From positions 66,617 to 130,616 of the forward strand of contig JAJYJJ010000004.1 in NCBI GenBank assembly GCA_021789595.1: a stretch of 64,000 nt of DNA, in the 5' to 3' direction. Origin of the DNA: Nitrospirota bacterium (GTDB taxonomy: Bacteria > Nitrospirota > Thermodesulfovibrionia > UBA6902 > JAJYJJ01). The notes below the pieces were generated by a model that saw only the letters and a program-made list of their open reading frames with translations, ran no database searches and was not told the DNA's origin. Below, piece after piece: positions 38,381 through 49,463 of the stretch (position 1 is its first letter; each line of letters starts with the position of its first letter). Position numbers and translations under genes: made by a program.

Positions 38381-39598
38381 ATGAATGCTATAGAGGTTAA
38401 ACCTGACATCTACTGGGTAGGTGCGATAGACTGGCCTGTCAGGGACTTTCACGGATATGTTACACCAAATGGGACCACATACAATAACTTCCTGATCCTG
38501 GACGATAAGATCACCCTTATTGATTCTGTAAAGGAGGACTTTGCCATTGAGATGTTCGGCAGGATAAGGAGCGTGATTGACCCCAGAAGGATAGAGGTAT
38601 TTGTCATAAATCATATAGAGCAGGACCACGGAGGCAGTGCAGAGAAGGTTGTTAAGATGCTTCCCGATGTCCAGATATATACCACAGAAAGGGGCAAAAA
38701 GGGGCTTGAGAGACACTATGATATAACAGGCTGGAATATAAAAACGGTAAAGACAGGTGAGGAGGTTAGGATCGGGAAGAAGACATTGATGTTCATCGAG
38801 ACGCCCATGCTTCACTGGCCTGACTCCATGATGACCTATGTTAAGGAGGACAGACTCCTTATCAGTCAGGATGCCTTTGGCCAGCACAATGCCACCTCTG
38901 CGCGGTTTGATGACGAATTTGTTGCATGTGCATCCATCTCAGAGCTTGAAGATTCTGTTATCGACTATTATGCAAATATATTGATGCCATTTAGTGCACT
39001 GATAAAGGCAAAGATTGCAGAGATACAGAAGCTCGGGCTTGAGATAGACATGATCGCCCCTGACCACGGCATTATCTGGAGAAAGGAGCCTAAGAAGGTT
39101 GTTAATATGTACCTCAATATGGCAAATGGTAAAACCAGCCAGAGGGTGCTGATCGTCTATGACACCATGTGGCACAGCACAGAGCTTCTCATCGGCCCCA
39201 TAATGGACGGTATAATGGCCGAAGGGGTTGATGTGGAGGTGATTAAACTCAGGGCAACTCCGATGAGTGTTGCAATAAAGGAGTTCTGGAAGTCAAGGGC
39301 TATGCTTGTTGGAACACCTACGCTTAATAATATAATGTTTCCCACTGTAGCGGAGTTCCTTACACATCTGAGAGGGCTGAGGCCTAAGAACAGGATGGTT
39401 GGTGCCTTTGGAAGTTTTGGCTGGGGCGGTGGCGCTGTAAAGGAGGCATATGAGGAGTTCAAGAGGATGGGGCTTGAGATAGTTGAGCCAGGGGTAGAGG
39501 TCAATTACAGACCAAAGTCAGAGGATAATAAACGCTGTTATGAATTTGGAAGGGAATTTGCAAAAAGGGTTATAGAGTATCATAAAAAATTTGACTGA
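38381..39598 (+). CDS. fprA: Flavodiiron protein (FprA, O2/NO reductase)
   Basis: NHIEQDH, LHWPDSM, DAFGQH, APDHG and flavodoxin domain FGSFGWGG. Confidence 0.92.
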   Translation: MNAIEVKPDIYWVGAIDWPVRDFHGYVTPNGTTYNNFLILDDKITLIDSVKEDFAIEMFGRIRSVIDPRRIEVFVINHIEQDHGGSAEKVVKMLPDVQIYTTERGKKGLERHYDITGWNIKTVKTGEEVRIGKKTLMFIETPMLHWPDSMMTYVKEDRLLISQDAFGQHNATSARFDDEFVACASISELEDSVIDYYANILMPFSALIKAKIAEIQKLGLEIDMIAPDHGIIWRKEPKKVVNMYLNMANGKTSQRVLIVYDTMWHSTELLIGPIMDGIMAEGVDVEVIKLRATPMSVAIKEFWKSRAMLVGTPTLNNIMFPTVAEFLTHLRGLRPKNRMVGAFGSFGWGGGAVKEAYEEFKRMGLEIVEPGVEVNYRPKSEDNKRCYEFGREFAKRVIEYHKKFD

Positions 39599-39644
39599 AG
39601 CTCCGAGCAAAGCTCAGGGCTTCCATGTAAGGAGGTTGCTAACT

Positions 39645-39782
39645 ATGTCAGTATGGAAGTGCACTGTATGCGGTTATGAATATGATGAGGCAGTTGAAGG
39701 TACTCCCTTTCAACAACTTCCTGATGACTGGAAGTGTCCTGTATGTAACGCGCCGAAGGATGCCTTTGAGAAGATACGATAG
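39645..39782 (+). CDS. Short-type rubredoxin (45 aa)
   Basis: CTVCGYEYD...[13 protein letters not shown] 39645 after AAGGAGG. Confidence 0.92.
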   Translation: MSVWKCTVCGYEYDEAVEGTPFQQLPDDWKCPVCNAPKDAFEKIR

Positions 39783-39793
39783 GTCGGAGATGT

Positions 39794-40402
39794 TTATATG
39801 CCCTTTGCCCTTTCAATAAAGAGCTTCATCTTTTGGCGATCTTTCTTGCCCTTTTCAGCCTCGATACCGCTACTGACATCAACGCCATAGGGTCTGACCA
39901 ACCTTATGGCGTTTTCTATATTATCAGGGTTTAGTCCGCCAGCCAATATTACCCTGCCAAACCTCTTTGCCTCAACTGCTATATCCCAGTTAAATATCTG
40001 TCCTGTGCCTCCCAATGCATCGGGCGTATATGTATCAAGGAGGAATGCAGAGACATTATATCTCTCTAGCAGCTCAAGGTCTGTAAGCTCCTTTACCCTT
40101 ATTGCCTTTATTACACGGCACCCGATATTGCATGTATCAGGTGATTCATTGCCGTGCATCTGTATGACATCAAGACCTGCGTGCTCTGCGATCCTTTCTA
40201 TCTCAGCAGTCTCTTCATCTACAAATACACCAACTGTTGTTACAATCGGCGGGAGTTTTGAGATGATTGCCTTTGCATCTGCCGGCTCTATGTATCTTGG
40301 GCTTCCTCTAAAAAAGACAAAGCCCAGGGCATCAGCACCAAAGGCAACTGCCATAAGTGCATCCTCGATATTTGTTATACCGCAGATTTTGACTTTAACC
40401 AT
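39794..40402 (-). CDS. trpF: Phosphoribosylanthranilate isomerase
   Basis: KICGIT, QMHG.E, GGTG..FNW, LAGGL, DVSSGIE. Confidence 0.95.
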   Translation of the reverse strand: MVKVKICGITNIEDALMAVAFGADALGFVFFRGSPRYIEPADAKAIISKLPPIVTTVGVFVDEETAEIERIAEHAGLDVIQMHGNESPDTCNIGCRVIKAIRVKELTDLELLERYNVSAFLLDTYTPDALGGTGQIFNWDIAVEAKRFGRVILAGGLNPDNIENAIRLVRPYGVDVSSGIEAEKGKKDRQKMKLFIERAKGI

Positions 40403-41754
40403 TAGATGCTCGGCAGCTTTGACAGTGCCTCCTTTATCTTCTCCTCAGGATATTCGTAATCCTCAAGCTTACCTGAGAGATAATCTGCATATGCTGCAAG
40501 GTCAAGATAACCGTGGCCGCTCAGATTAAAGAATATGGTCTTTTCTTTTCCCTCCTCTTTGCACCTTAATGCTTCATCTATGACTGCCTTTATTGCATGG
40601 GCGCTCTCAGGTGCAGGTATAATAGCCTCACTCTTTGCAAACCTTATTGCAGCGTCAAAGACTGCAGTCTGTCCATATGCCTGGGCCTCAATCAGTCCGT
40701 CGTGATAGAGCTGACAGATGAGAGGTGAATCACCGTGGTATCTTAGTCCACCGGCATGGATGCCTGGCGGGACAAAGTCATGTCCAAGGGTATACATCAT
40801 CACAAGCGGGGTAAGCCCTGCAGTGTCTCCAAAGTCATACCTGAATTCTCCCTTTGTAAGGGTCGGGCAGGATGTAGGCTCCACTGCAATGACGCGAAGC
40901 TCTTTGCCGTTTATCTTATCCCGCAGGAATGGAAAGCTCACGCCTGCGAGGTTGCTTCCTCCGCCGCAGCATCCAACTATCACATCAGGATAATCCCTGG
41001 CAATCTCAAACTGTCTCTTTGCCTCAAGCCCGATAACTGTCTGGTGTAAAAGCACATGGTTAAGCACAGAGCCGAGTGCATAGTTTGTATCAGAATGTGT
41101 TGCCGCATCCTCAACAGCCTCTGATATGGCAATGCCGAGGCTTCCCGGGTTATCAGGGTCTGACTCAAGGATATTTCTTCCTGAGTTAGTTACACTGCTT
41201 GGGCTTGCATGAACAGTAGCACCCCATGTCTCCATTGCTATTCTCCTGTAAGGCTTCTGGTTATAACTTACCTTTACCATATAGACTGTAACATCAAGTC
41301 CAAAGAGGCTTCCAGCCAGTGCCATTGCAGAACCCCACTGTCCTGCACCGGTCTCTGTTGCAATCCTTTTTATCCCTGCCTTTTTGTTGTAGTATGCCTG
41401 CGGTATGGATGTGTTGGGTTTATGGCTTCCTGCAGGGCTTACACCTTCGTATTTATAGTAGATCCTTGCAGGCGTGCCCAATGTCGTCTCAAGTCTGTGT
41501 GCCCGGTATAAAGGAGACGGCCTCCACAGGCTGTAGATATCCATAACCTCCTCAGGTATCTCAATCCATCTTTGTGTTGATACCTCCTGCTCAATCAGGG
41601 CCATAGGGAATATGGCACTAAGATCCTGGGGGCCAACAGGCTGTTTTGTTCCAGGATGAAGCGGCGGCTTGGGCAGATTCGGCATGTCCGCCATGATGTT
41701 GTACCACTGCCTTGGGATTTCCCTGTCAGGTAAAACTATCTTTGTTTCTTGCAT
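40402..41754 (-). CDS. trpB2: TrpB2-type tryptophan synthase beta (PLP enzyme)
   Basis: [45 protein letters not shown]. 450 aa. Confidence 0.92.
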   Translation of the reverse strand: MQETKIVLPDREIPRQWYNIMADMPNLPKPPLHPGTKQPVGPQDLSAIFPMALIEQEVSTQRWIEIPEEVMDIYSLWRPSPLYRAHRLETTLGTPARIYYKYEGVSPAGSHKPNTSIPQAYYNKKAGIKRIATETGAGQWGSAMALAGSLFGLDVTVYMVKVSYNQKPYRRIAMETWGATVHASPSSVTNSGRNILESDPDNPGSLGIAISEAVEDAATHSDTNYALGSVLNHVLLHQTVIGLEAKRQFEIARDYPDVIVGCCGGGSNLAGVSFPFLRDKINGKELRVIAVEPTSCPTLTKGEFRYDFGDTAGLTPLVMMYTLGHDFVPPGIHAGGLRYHGDSPLICQLYHDGLIEAQAYGQTAVFDAAIRFAKSEAIIPAPESAHAIKAVIDEALRCKEEGKEKTIFFNLSGHGYLDLAAYADYLSGKLEDYEYPEEKIKEALSKLPSI

Positions 41755-41785
41755 CTTCTCCTCCTATGTAAAAGGAATATTAAGC

Positions 41786-42577
41786 TTAATTCTTTCGGCC
41801 TAATAGCTCATCCAGTCTTGCTCCTATGTCCTCGGCCTGCATGAGAGATGTACCTACAAGCATCGCATCTGCTCTTGATTTCTCGAGTCTTTCAACATCG
41901 GCCCTCGTCTTTATCCCGCTTTCAGATACAACTATAAGATTATGAGGTATATCCTTCAGAAGCTCAAAGGTTGTATTAAGATCTACGGTCATAGTGTTCA
42001 GGTCTCTGTTGTTTATCCCGATAATCCTTGCTCCTGCATATAGTGCAGTGTCAAGTTCCTTCCAATGATGTACCTCGACAAGACAGTCAAGTGAAAGCCC
42101 TCCTGCAATACCCAGGAAATCCGTGATCTGGTTTTTTGTGAGGATGGCTGTAATGAGGAGGATTGCATCAGCACCAAAGGCCCGTGACTCATAAATCTGG
42201 TAATCATCGAAGATAAAATCTTTTCTAAGGACAGGAACCGCTGCAACTGTCTTTACCTGGTTGATGTAATCGAGTCTTCCATGAAAATATCTCTCTTCTG
42301 TTAAAACAGATATTGCAGCAGCACCTTTTTCAGCATAGACCCTTGCAATCTCTTCAGGATTAAAGTCCTCCCGTATTACGCCATTAGAAGGCGATGCCTT
42401 TTTTATCTCTGCTATAAATTTAATCGGGCCTGAGGCCTGTCTTTTTATCGATGAAGCAAATGCCCTGGCCCCTGGTATATCCTTTATCCTTGCCTTTATA
42501 TCTGAGATAGGCAGCCTCAGCTTTGATTCCTTTACTACATCTTTTTTTGTCTGAACAATGCTATTTAGTATATTCAT
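41786..42577 (-). CDS. trpC: Indole-3-glycerol phosphate synthase
   Basis: IAEIKKASPS, SVLTE, LRKDF, GINNRDL, SESGI. Confidence 0.95.
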   Translation of the reverse strand: MNILNSIVQTKKDVVKESKLRLPISDIKARIKDIPGARAFASSIKRQASGPIKFIAEIKKASPSNGVIREDFNPEEIARVYAEKGAAAISVLTEERYFHGRLDYINQVKTVAAVPVLRKDFIFDDYQIYESRAFGADAILLITAILTKNQITDFLGIAGGLSLDCLVEVHHWKELDTALYAGARIIGINNRDLNTMTVDLNTTFELLKDIPHNLIVVSESGIKTRADVERLEKSRADAMLVGTSLMQAEDIGARLDELLGRKN

Positions 42578-42654
42578 GTCAATAGAATAGTAAAGAAAAG
42601 GATGGCTTTTTTCAAGTCCTTGACAACTCCTCTCCCATGGTATTATATTTGTAT

Positions 42655-42933
42655 ATGTTTTTGAGCAGGGCTTTTAAAGCTAATAGGCTATTTGTTAAGG
42701 TTGTCCTTATTACCATTTGCGTCCTTATCCTTTTACCGGCAATGATATCCCCAATGAAGGTTTGTCAGAAAGACGGTTCCTTATTATGTCATAACTATAC
42801 CAATGGCATTCAGGATTATAAGAAGGGCGTTATAGAGGATAAAACCTTTTCAGTTATCAGACTCATTGATGACATTATTCGTCCAAAAGAGATTGCCCTG
42901 TCTATCTTTCGCCCACCTGAACTGACCTCCTGA
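42655..42933 (+). CDS. Small membrane-targeted ORF with Cys/His motif and C-terminal IFRPP (DUF2946-like leader)
   Basis: Hydrophobic stretch, CQKDGSLLCH, ends IFRPPELTS. TTGACA at 42620 and a -10 near 42641-42649 place the transcript start near ATG 42655. Confidence 0.6.
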   Translation: MFLSRAFKANRLFVKVVLITICVLILLPAMISPMKVCQKDGSLLCHNYTNGIQDYKKGVIEDKTFSVIRLIDDIIRPKEIALSIFRPPELTS

Positions 42934-42977
42934 TCTATTTTAAAAATTTTCGAAATATTATATTTTAGGAGGAACAG

Positions 42978-43517
42978 ATGAAATCCATCAATAAAAAGAC
43001 ACTCCTATGGTTAGGTGTGTTTATCCTGGTCGGTTTGTATCTTTACCCTGTTATTAAAGGGAGGATTGCCTTTGCCAATGGCAGGCCAGCAGTAAATGAG
43101 ACAGCACCTGATTTTACCTTGACCGATTTAAACGGCAAAAGGGTAACACTGTCAGATTTTAGGGGTAAGGTGGTGCTCCTTAATTTCTGGGCAAGCTGGT
43201 GTCCTCCATGCCGTATGGAGATACCGGGCTTTCAGAGATTTTATGAGGGCTATAAGAATAAGGGGTTTGTTATTATCGGGCTGTCATTGGATGATACTGG
43301 GCACTCTACAGTTTCATCCTTTGTCAAGAAAATGGGGATTACCTATCCCATTGTCATGGCCGATAGCAAGGTAGTAAGAGATTATGGGAATATCTCTGCC
43401 ATACCAACATCTTTCCTGATAGATAAGAATGGCAGGATTGTGAAAAAGACAATGGGGATGCTTTTAGAGGGGACCCTTAAAGGGGAAGTGGATAGTGCCC
43501 TCAATAACAGGTCTTAG
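42978..43517 (+). CDS. TlpA/ResA-like membrane-anchored thiol-disulfide oxidoreductase
   Basis: [27 protein letters not shown]. Confidence 0.92.
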   Translation: MKSINKKTLLWLGVFILVGLYLYPVIKGRIAFANGRPAVNETAPDFTLTDLNGKRVTLSDFRGKVVLLNFWASWCPPCRMEIPGFQRFYEGYKNKGFVIIGLSLDDTGHSTVSSFVKKMGITYPIVMADSKVVRDYGNISAIPTSFLIDKNGRIVKKTMGMLLEGTLKGEVDSALNNRS

Positions 43518-43529
43518 TGGAGGATTAAA

Positions 43530-44258
43530 ATGGAAAATATATCTGTGTTTGTTGCCTTTACAGCAGGGCTGTTGTCATTTCTATCGCCCTGTGTCTTGCC
43601 TGTTATCCCCTCTTATGTTTCTTATATAACAGGTATATCTTTTGAGGACCTTTCAGGTGCACAGGACAGGGCAAGGATAAGGAGAATAACGCTGAAGAAC
43701 TCCTTTTTCTTCATTGCCGGATTCTCCCTTATATTCGTTATGCTCGGTGCATCTTCAAGTCTTCTGGGCAAGGTCCTTTCTGATTATCAGAATATCATCA
43801 GAAAGGCAGGCGGGATACTGATTGTGCTGTTTGGCCTTTATATAGCAGGGATTCTGAGGCTCAGGTTTCTCTCAGGTGAGAAGAAACTTCATGTCCAGAG
43901 CAAACCTGCTGGGCTTCTCGGTTCTTTCCTTGTAGGTGTGGCCTTTGCTGCAGGATGGACGCCATGCATCGGTCCTGTCTTGGGCTCGATCCTATTATAT
44001 GCAGGCACAACCACCTCTGTTGCATCAGGGATGGGACTTCTTGCATCTTACGCCCTTGGGTTAGGTATTCCCTTTCTCATCACCTCTTTGGCCATCAACA
44101 GCTTCCTCTCGTATTTCAAGCACATCAACCGATACATGAAGCCCATATCTACTGTAAGCGGGCTGTTTCTTATAGTAGTAGGGATTCTGCTGTTCACAGG
44201 CTCTTTCGGGGTCCTGAGCCAGTATCTATCTATGCTGACAGGTGCTTTAGGTGTATAA
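43530..44258 (+). CDS. ccdA: Cytochrome c biogenesis protein CcdA (copy 2)
   Basis: SFLSPCVLP and GWTPCIGPVLG. Close paralog of 13356-14069. Confidence 0.9.
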   Translation: MENISVFVAFTAGLLSFLSPCVLPVIPSYVSYITGISFEDLSGAQDRARIRRITLKNSFFFIAGFSLIFVMLGASSSLLGKVLSDYQNIIRKAGGILIVLFGLYIAGILRLRFLSGEKKLHVQSKPAGLLGSFLVGVAFAAGWTPCIGPVLGSILLYAGTTTSVASGMGLLASYALGLGIPFLITSLAINSFLSYFKHINRYMKPISTVSGLFLIVVGILLFTGSFGVLSQYLSMLTGALGV

Positions 44259-44307
44259 TTATGGGGAGAGAATTTCTCTCCCCATTCTGCACTGAGGAGG
44301 TAGAACG

Positions 44308-46188
44308 ATGAAAAAATGTTTACTTCTATTAGGATTAACTTTAATCCTTCTTACACTATTATTGGAGTATGGATTCTCTGAGGAGACCGGCTCCTGCCTT
44401 CAGTGCCACAGTGATGCAAAGAAGATGAAGGAGCTTGGCTATCCAGAGTTTACCATGACACAAGAGGAGGTAGAAAAACAGACAGGTATGCCTGCAACCT
44501 GTGAGATGTGCCATCAGGGAAATCCCAATGACAATACCATCAAGGGAGCGCATAAGGGTATCTTAAGCCTATCTGTAGTCATGAAGAAGGGTGCTATTGC
44601 AGTGCCAAGGAAGGAGCTTAAAGGAGAGGACAGGGAATCTATCAAAAGCTTGAAACCAAAAGGTGATTTTGCAGGCAATACCCTTTTCCCAAGGGTAATT
44701 GGGAAGGATGGTAAGCCTGCGCTTAATCCGAGGGTGTCGGTTATCCAGTGGCATGACAAGGATCTTAACACTATTGCCTTTAATCCAGGTATTGCGGAGA
44801 AGACCTGCGGTATCTGTCATCCTAAAGAGGTCAAGAGCTACATGAAGACCGAAATGGGATTGACATTGACCATGAGCCAGTATGTGACCTGGTTCAGCCC
44901 CACAGGCCCTCAGAGCTGCGGCCTCTGGACAGCAGCCACTACAAAGCCCAGCAATGACAGCTTTACCACCGAAAATATGGAGCAATACAATGCTGTCAGC
45001 ACTGCCCATCTTGGCAAGGAACAGGCATTTTCCAACCAGAGGAATTGTAATACCTGCCATGCAGGTTGTCTGGATTGCCATTATAACCCTTTTAACAAAG
45101 AGGCAAAAGACAGTAAAGGCAGACCAAAAGAGGCAGGCGTTCATACCTTTTCCTTTAAGCCTCCGGTGCTTTCATGTATGGGTGATGGCAGGGCTCAGAT
45201 ATGTCATGCAGGCCCATTGGAAAGGCGAAGGGGAGATGGATTCATGAAAGGAAACTTTGCAGTAAAGGCTGTGGCTGACCCACAGAATGAAAATTCAAAA
45301 ATATATATCGAGACCCCTGATGTCCATTTTGCCAAAGGCATAACCTGTGCGGACTGTCATCGCCATAATCACAAGACCCATAACATGGGTGATCAGATAA
45401 GGAATCCTGAGCCCATACAGTGTGCAGAATGTCATAAGCAGGAGGTATCTGCAAATAAAAAGGGCATCCACAAGAATCTTTCCTGCGAGGCATGCCATAC
45501 CCCATTAGTGGTAGGATATGCCTTTAATTTCTGGGCACCTGGGAAAAGATTTGGCATGGAAACACCATTGGACAGGCATCAGTTTTATAATGTCAATGCA
45601 ATGCAGCCCATCATCCTTAAGAACAAGAAAGGGCAGTGGAATCCCTATCATATAGTTCCTCACATATCAACAAATGTGAAGAAAGAAGAGGTGAAGCTAT
45701 CCAAAGGACTTATATTCAGGAGCAAGCCAGATGTAAACATGAAGAGGGAGTATCCATCCAATGACGCCTTTGCCGTAACAGGAATCTATGAAGGGAGCAC
45801 CGATGAGGGCACGGTCATGGCGTGGCTGAACATCGACAAGGTTGCCCATGCCGTAACAAAGGCAAGGACATGCGATAGCTGTCATGGCTTAAATGGAACA
45901 CAGAAGATTTTAGTGGATTACAGGTGGATGGAAAAACCTGATAGTGCCTATAAGGATATCCTATCAGGCCATTACACGATTGTGTCCGATAGAAAGGGTT
46001 TGAGGATAGAGAATCTTTCAGGTGCTGATGGGAGATCTATACCTGATGGACTTAGACCTCTTGTAGGCAAGTGGGATTTAAAAGGAAACTTTTCCATCCC
46101 TCCAATAAGAGACAAAAAGGCATATGCCAGAGAAAAAGCACGATACGAAAGGATATTAGAAAGTGGTGGCAGATACCATTCGCAGTGA
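44308..46188 (+). CDS. Secreted multiheme cytochrome c (9 CxxCH plus one CX8CH)
   Basis: Signal peptide. CLQCH, CEMCH, CGICH, CNTCH, CLDCH, CADCH, CAECH, CEACH, CDSCH, plus [11 protein letters not shown]. Confidence 0.9.
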   Translation: MKKCLLLLGLTLILLTLLLEYGFSEETGSCLQCHSDAKKMKELGYPEFTMTQEEVEKQTGMPATCEMCHQGNPNDNTIKGAHKGILSLSVVMKKGAIAVPRKELKGEDRESIKSLKPKGDFAGNTLFPRVIGKDGKPALNPRVSVIQWHDKDLNTIAFNPGIAEKTCGICHPKEVKSYMKTEMGLTLTMSQYVTWFSPTGPQSCGLWTAATTKPSNDSFTTENMEQYNAVSTAHLGKEQAFSNQRNCNTCHAGCLDCHYNPFNKEAKDSKGRPKEAGVHTFSFKPPVLSCMGDGRAQICHAGPLERRRGDGFMKGNFAVKAVADPQNENSKIYIETPDVHFAKGITCADCHRHNHKTHNMGDQIRNPEPIQCAECHKQEVSANKKGIHKNLSCEACHTPLVVGYAFNFWAPGKRFGMETPLDRHQFYNVNAMQPIILKNKKGQWNPYHIVPHISTNVKKEEVKLSKGLIFRSKPDVNMKREYPSNDAFAVTGIYEGSTDEGTVMAWLNIDKVAHAVTKARTCDSCHGLNGTQKILVDYRWMEKPDSAYKDILSGHYTIVSDRKGLRIENLSGADGRSIPDGLRPLVGKWDLKGNFSIPPIRDKKAYAREKARYERILESGGRYHSQ

Positions 46189-46205
46189 AAAATAAGGATA
46201 ACCAT

Positions 46206-47222
46206 ATGAAGGATATGCCTGAGAGGAAAATAACACCTCAGTTGAGAGAAGAGGACATCGGTTATGAGCTGAGTCTGAGGCCAAGGCTCTTTGATGAATT
46301 CGTTGGCCAGGAAAGGATAAAGGAGAACCTGAAGGTATTTATCCAGGCCGCAATGCAAAGGGCAGAACCCCTCGACCATGTGCTTTTCTGCGGGCCACCT
46401 GGCCTTGGAAAGACGACCCTTGCCCATATAATATCATCCGAGCTTGGTGTTGGGATCAGGGCAACATCAGGGCCTGTGCTTGAAAGACCCGGCGACCTTG
46501 CAGCGATACTTACGAATCTTGCAGAAAGGGATATACTCTTTATTGATGAGATACACAGGCTGCCGAGGATTGTTGAAGAAGTGCTGTATCCTGCAATGGA
46601 GGACTTCCAGCTCGACATAATCATCGGTCAGGGCCCAAGCGCAAGAACCCTGAAGCTCAATCTTCCAAGGTTTACACTGATAGGTGCAACAACAAGGACG
46701 GGGCTTCTCACATCTCCTCTCAGGGATAGATTTGGTGTTATAAACAGGCTTGACTACTACGGCCCCGAGGATCTTAAAACTATTGTCTCCCGTTCCTCTA
46801 AGATATTAAGGATTGAGATAACAGATGATGCCTCAAGGGAGATAGCAATGCGTTCAAGGGGGACGCCGAGGATTGCAAATAGACTTCTAAGAAGGGTAAG
46901 GGACTTTGCCCAGGTAAAGGGCAACGGTATTATTGATATCGACATTGCAAAAAGCACTATGGCAGCTATGGATGTAGATAACAGGGGGTTTGACGATATG
47001 GACAGAAAATTACTCCTGACAATAATCAACAAGTTTAATGGAGGACCTGTGGGTATCGAGACCATTGCAGCCTCTGTAAGTGAGGACAGGGAGACCATTG
47101 AGGATGTCTATGAGCCGTATCTATTGCAGGAGGGTTTTCTTGAAAGGACAAACAGGGGAAGGCTTGCCACAAGGCTTGCCTACGAGCATTTTGGGAAGCA
47201 ACTGCCGAAGGGACTGTTTTAG
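46206..47222 (+). CDS. ruvB: Holliday junction DNA helicase RuvB
   Basis: [38 protein letters not shown]. Start ATG 46206 or 46215. Confidence 0.95.
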   Translation: MKDMPERKITPQLREEDIGYELSLRPRLFDEFVGQERIKENLKVFIQAAMQRAEPLDHVLFCGPPGLGKTTLAHIISSELGVGIRATSGPVLERPGDLAAILTNLAERDILFIDEIHRLPRIVEEVLYPAMEDFQLDIIIGQGPSARTLKLNLPRFTLIGATTRTGLLTSPLRDRFGVINRLDYYGPEDLKTIVSRSSKILRIEITDDASREIAMRSRGTPRIANRLLRRVRDFAQVKGNGIIDIDIAKSTMAAMDVDNRGFDDMDRKLLLTIINKFNGGPVGIETIAASVSEDRETIEDVYEPYLLQEGFLERTNRGRLATRLAYEHFGKQLPKGLF

Positions 47223-47293
47223 GGGGTGAGAATAGCAAAGGCCATTGACCATAGGGGAATGAGGTCATGGTGGTGAGGGGGAAACAAGGATAT

Positions 47294-48178
47294 CTAAAGC
47301 CCGCTAAATGGCACTGGTGAAAAGGTTATTATAAAGATTACATATCCAAGCCATCCAAGTATCCTCCGCTTCCTGTCCAGTGGATAATCATACACTGTTG
47401 GTGGATGTCCAAGGCCGAGTATAAGCATCAGTAATGCCCAGAAAGACCAGCCAAACCATCCTATTGTGCCCAGTATTAAAAGCACAGGTATCATACCTAT
47501 AGATATCCACCTGTGTCTTTTCCCAAACATGGCATATGATATATGTCCGCCATCTAACTGACCTATTGGAAGCAGATTCAATGATGTGACAAACAGGCCA
47601 ATCCAGCCTGCAAAGGCTATTGGATGTAGAACTACATCGTATCTATTCAGGTCTATGCCTAATGTTATCTTTGTGAGTGCCATGAACAGGAGGGAATTCC
47701 CAAGGCCGAGGCCGCCCGTTTGTTTGCCTGCTAAAACTACCTCAGACATGCTTAACCCTATTAATGATGCCACAACCGAGACAATAAAGCCTGCAAGCGG
47801 TCCAGAAATCCCTATATCAAGAAGCGCCTTTCTGTCCATTATCGGCGGAGACATCTTTATGAATGCACCGAATGTCCCGATAAGGGATGGGGCAGGTATG
47901 AAATAGGGGAGGGTAGCAGGTGTATGGTGTTTCCTTGATGCAAAATAATGGGAAAGCTCATGGGAAAGCAGTATGATGATCAGGGTTATGGAAAATGGCA
48001 GGCCGAGGATTATCCTGCCAGGCTCGGTTATGGGGTCAACGCCTTTTTGCATAGCACCTGCAATGAGTGTTGACAGGAATGTGAGTATAAAAAGGATGAT
48101 ATGTATTGGTGTTAATCTTCCTCTCAAATCATCCCCTTTTCTCTCTGTATCCTGAAGTGGCTTGAAATTTCCTGTCAA
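47294..48178 (-). CDS. Site-2 protease (M50 family)
   Basis: HELSH, SGPLAG, NLLPIGQLDGGH. Start uncertain. Confidence 0.88.
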   Translation of the reverse strand: MTGNFKPLQDTERKGDDLRGRLTPIHIILFILTFLSTLIAGAMQKGVDPITEPGRIILGLPFSITLIIILLSHELSHYFASRKHHTPATLPYFIPAPSLIGTFGAFIKMSPPIMDRKALLDIGISGPLAGFIVSVVASLIGLSMSEVVLAGKQTGGLGLGNSLLFMALTKITLGIDLNRYDVVLHPIAFAGWIGLFVTSLNLLPIGQLDGGHISYAMFGKRHRWISIGMIPVLLILGTIGWFGWSFWALLMLILGLGHPPTVYDYPLDRKRRILGWLGYVIFIITFSPVPFSGL

Positions 48179-49463
48179 CTACCTGTTGAGGGACGGCCTC
48201 TGCTATAAGGTCATATTCCTGCGCCTCTGTTATCCTGACCTTTACAATATCTCCAACACTTAATCCATCTGCATTCTTCAAAAAGGTCACACCATCGATC
48301 TCAGGGGCCTGCCCCATGGTCCTTGCCATGGAATAATCTCCGTCAGCCTCATCTATCAGAACCTCCATTGTTTTACCGATGAATGACCTATTCCTTTTTA
48401 AGGAGATGTTTGCCTGCATCTCCATTATCATGTTGCGCCTTTTCTCCTTTATTGCCTGTGATACATGTCCGCTCATATTTTTGGCAGGGGTTCCATCCTC
48501 CTTTGAATAGGTAAAGACGCCGAGACGGTCAAATTCAGCATCCCTGATAAAATCCGTAAGACCCTGGAATTCCTTTTCTCCCTCTGTAGGAAACCCTACC
48601 ATAATAGATGTCCTCAGGATTATATCCGGTATTGCCTTGCGCAGCCTTTGTATCAACCTCATATATTCCTGTCTTCCACCTCTTCTGCCCATCTGCCTTA
48701 AAATAGATTCCTCGCTGTGCTGAATAGGGATATCCATATACTTACAGATATTCTTTCTGGATGCAATTACAGCAATGAGCTCATCTGTGATAGATGTTGG
48801 ATATGTGTAGAGCAGCCTTATCCATTTTATGCCGTCAATATCCGAGATCCTTTCTAAAAGGCTCGGAAGGGCATTTTTTATCTTGAGGTCTGTGCCGTAG
48901 CTTGTTGTATCCTGTGCAACAAGTATAACCTCATTTACACCGCCTTTTACAATGGCCTGGGCCTCCTTTACAATCTCATCTAACATGCGGCTTTTATAGG
49001 GTCCCCTGATGGATGGGATTACACAGTAGGTACAGCCCCTGTTACAGCCCTCTGCAATCTTTAGATATGCATAATGCAGAGGATTTAATAGAACCCTCTT
49101 GCTTCTTCTAATCCTGCTTTTTTTATCCCCTTTTAACAGAGAGACGATCCTGTCCTCATCACCTACGCCGAATATATTGTCTATCTCAGGCACCTCCTTT
49201 AAGAGTTTATCGCCATATCTTTGGGCAAGGCACCCAAAGACTATGAGCCTTCTGCCGCCTTTAATGCTTGATGCCTCAAGGATGCCGTTGATAGATTCCC
49301 TTTTTGCATCATCTATGAACCCACAGGTGTTTATGAGGATTGCATCTGCCTTATCAGGGGCATCTGTATACTCAATGCCTTCGCTTTTAAGCAGACCAAG
49401 GAGTTTCTCAGAGTCTACCTGGTTTTTTGGACAGCCAAAGCTTATAAGGTTAACCCTGCTCAT
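48129..49463 (-). CDS. rimO: Ribosomal protein S12 methylthiotransferase RimO
   Basis: GCPKNQVDSE, NTCGFI, GCNRGCTYC, QAPEIDG, TRAM domain. Confidence 0.93.
   Translation of the reverse strand: MSRVNLISFGCPKNQVDSEKLLGLLKSEGIEYTDAPDKADAILINTCGFIDDAKRESINGILEASSIKGGRRLIVFGCLAQRYGDKLLKEVPEIDNIFGVGDEDRIVSLLKGDKKSRIRRSKRVLLNPLHYAYLKIAEGCNRGCTYCVIPSIRGPYKSRMLDEIVKEAQAIVKGGVNEVILVAQDTTSYGTDLKIKNALPSLLERISDIDGIKWIRLLYTYPTSITDELIAVIASRKNICKYMDIPIQHSEESILRQMGRRGGRQEYMRLIQRLRKAIPDIILRTSIMVGFPTEGEKEFQGLTDFIRDAEFDRLGVFTYSKEDGTPAKNMSGHVSQAIKEKRRNMIMEMQANISLKRNRSFIGKTMEVLIDEADGDYSMARTMGQAPEIDGVTFLKNADGLSVGDIVKVRITEAQEYDLIAEAVPQQVVDRKFQATSGYREKRG

Noticed and set aside
46071..46205. RuvB N-terminal extension; ruvB without ruvA/ruvC
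   Set aside because: The extension overlaps the cytochrome gene. Separated ruv genes are common and not informative from one window.
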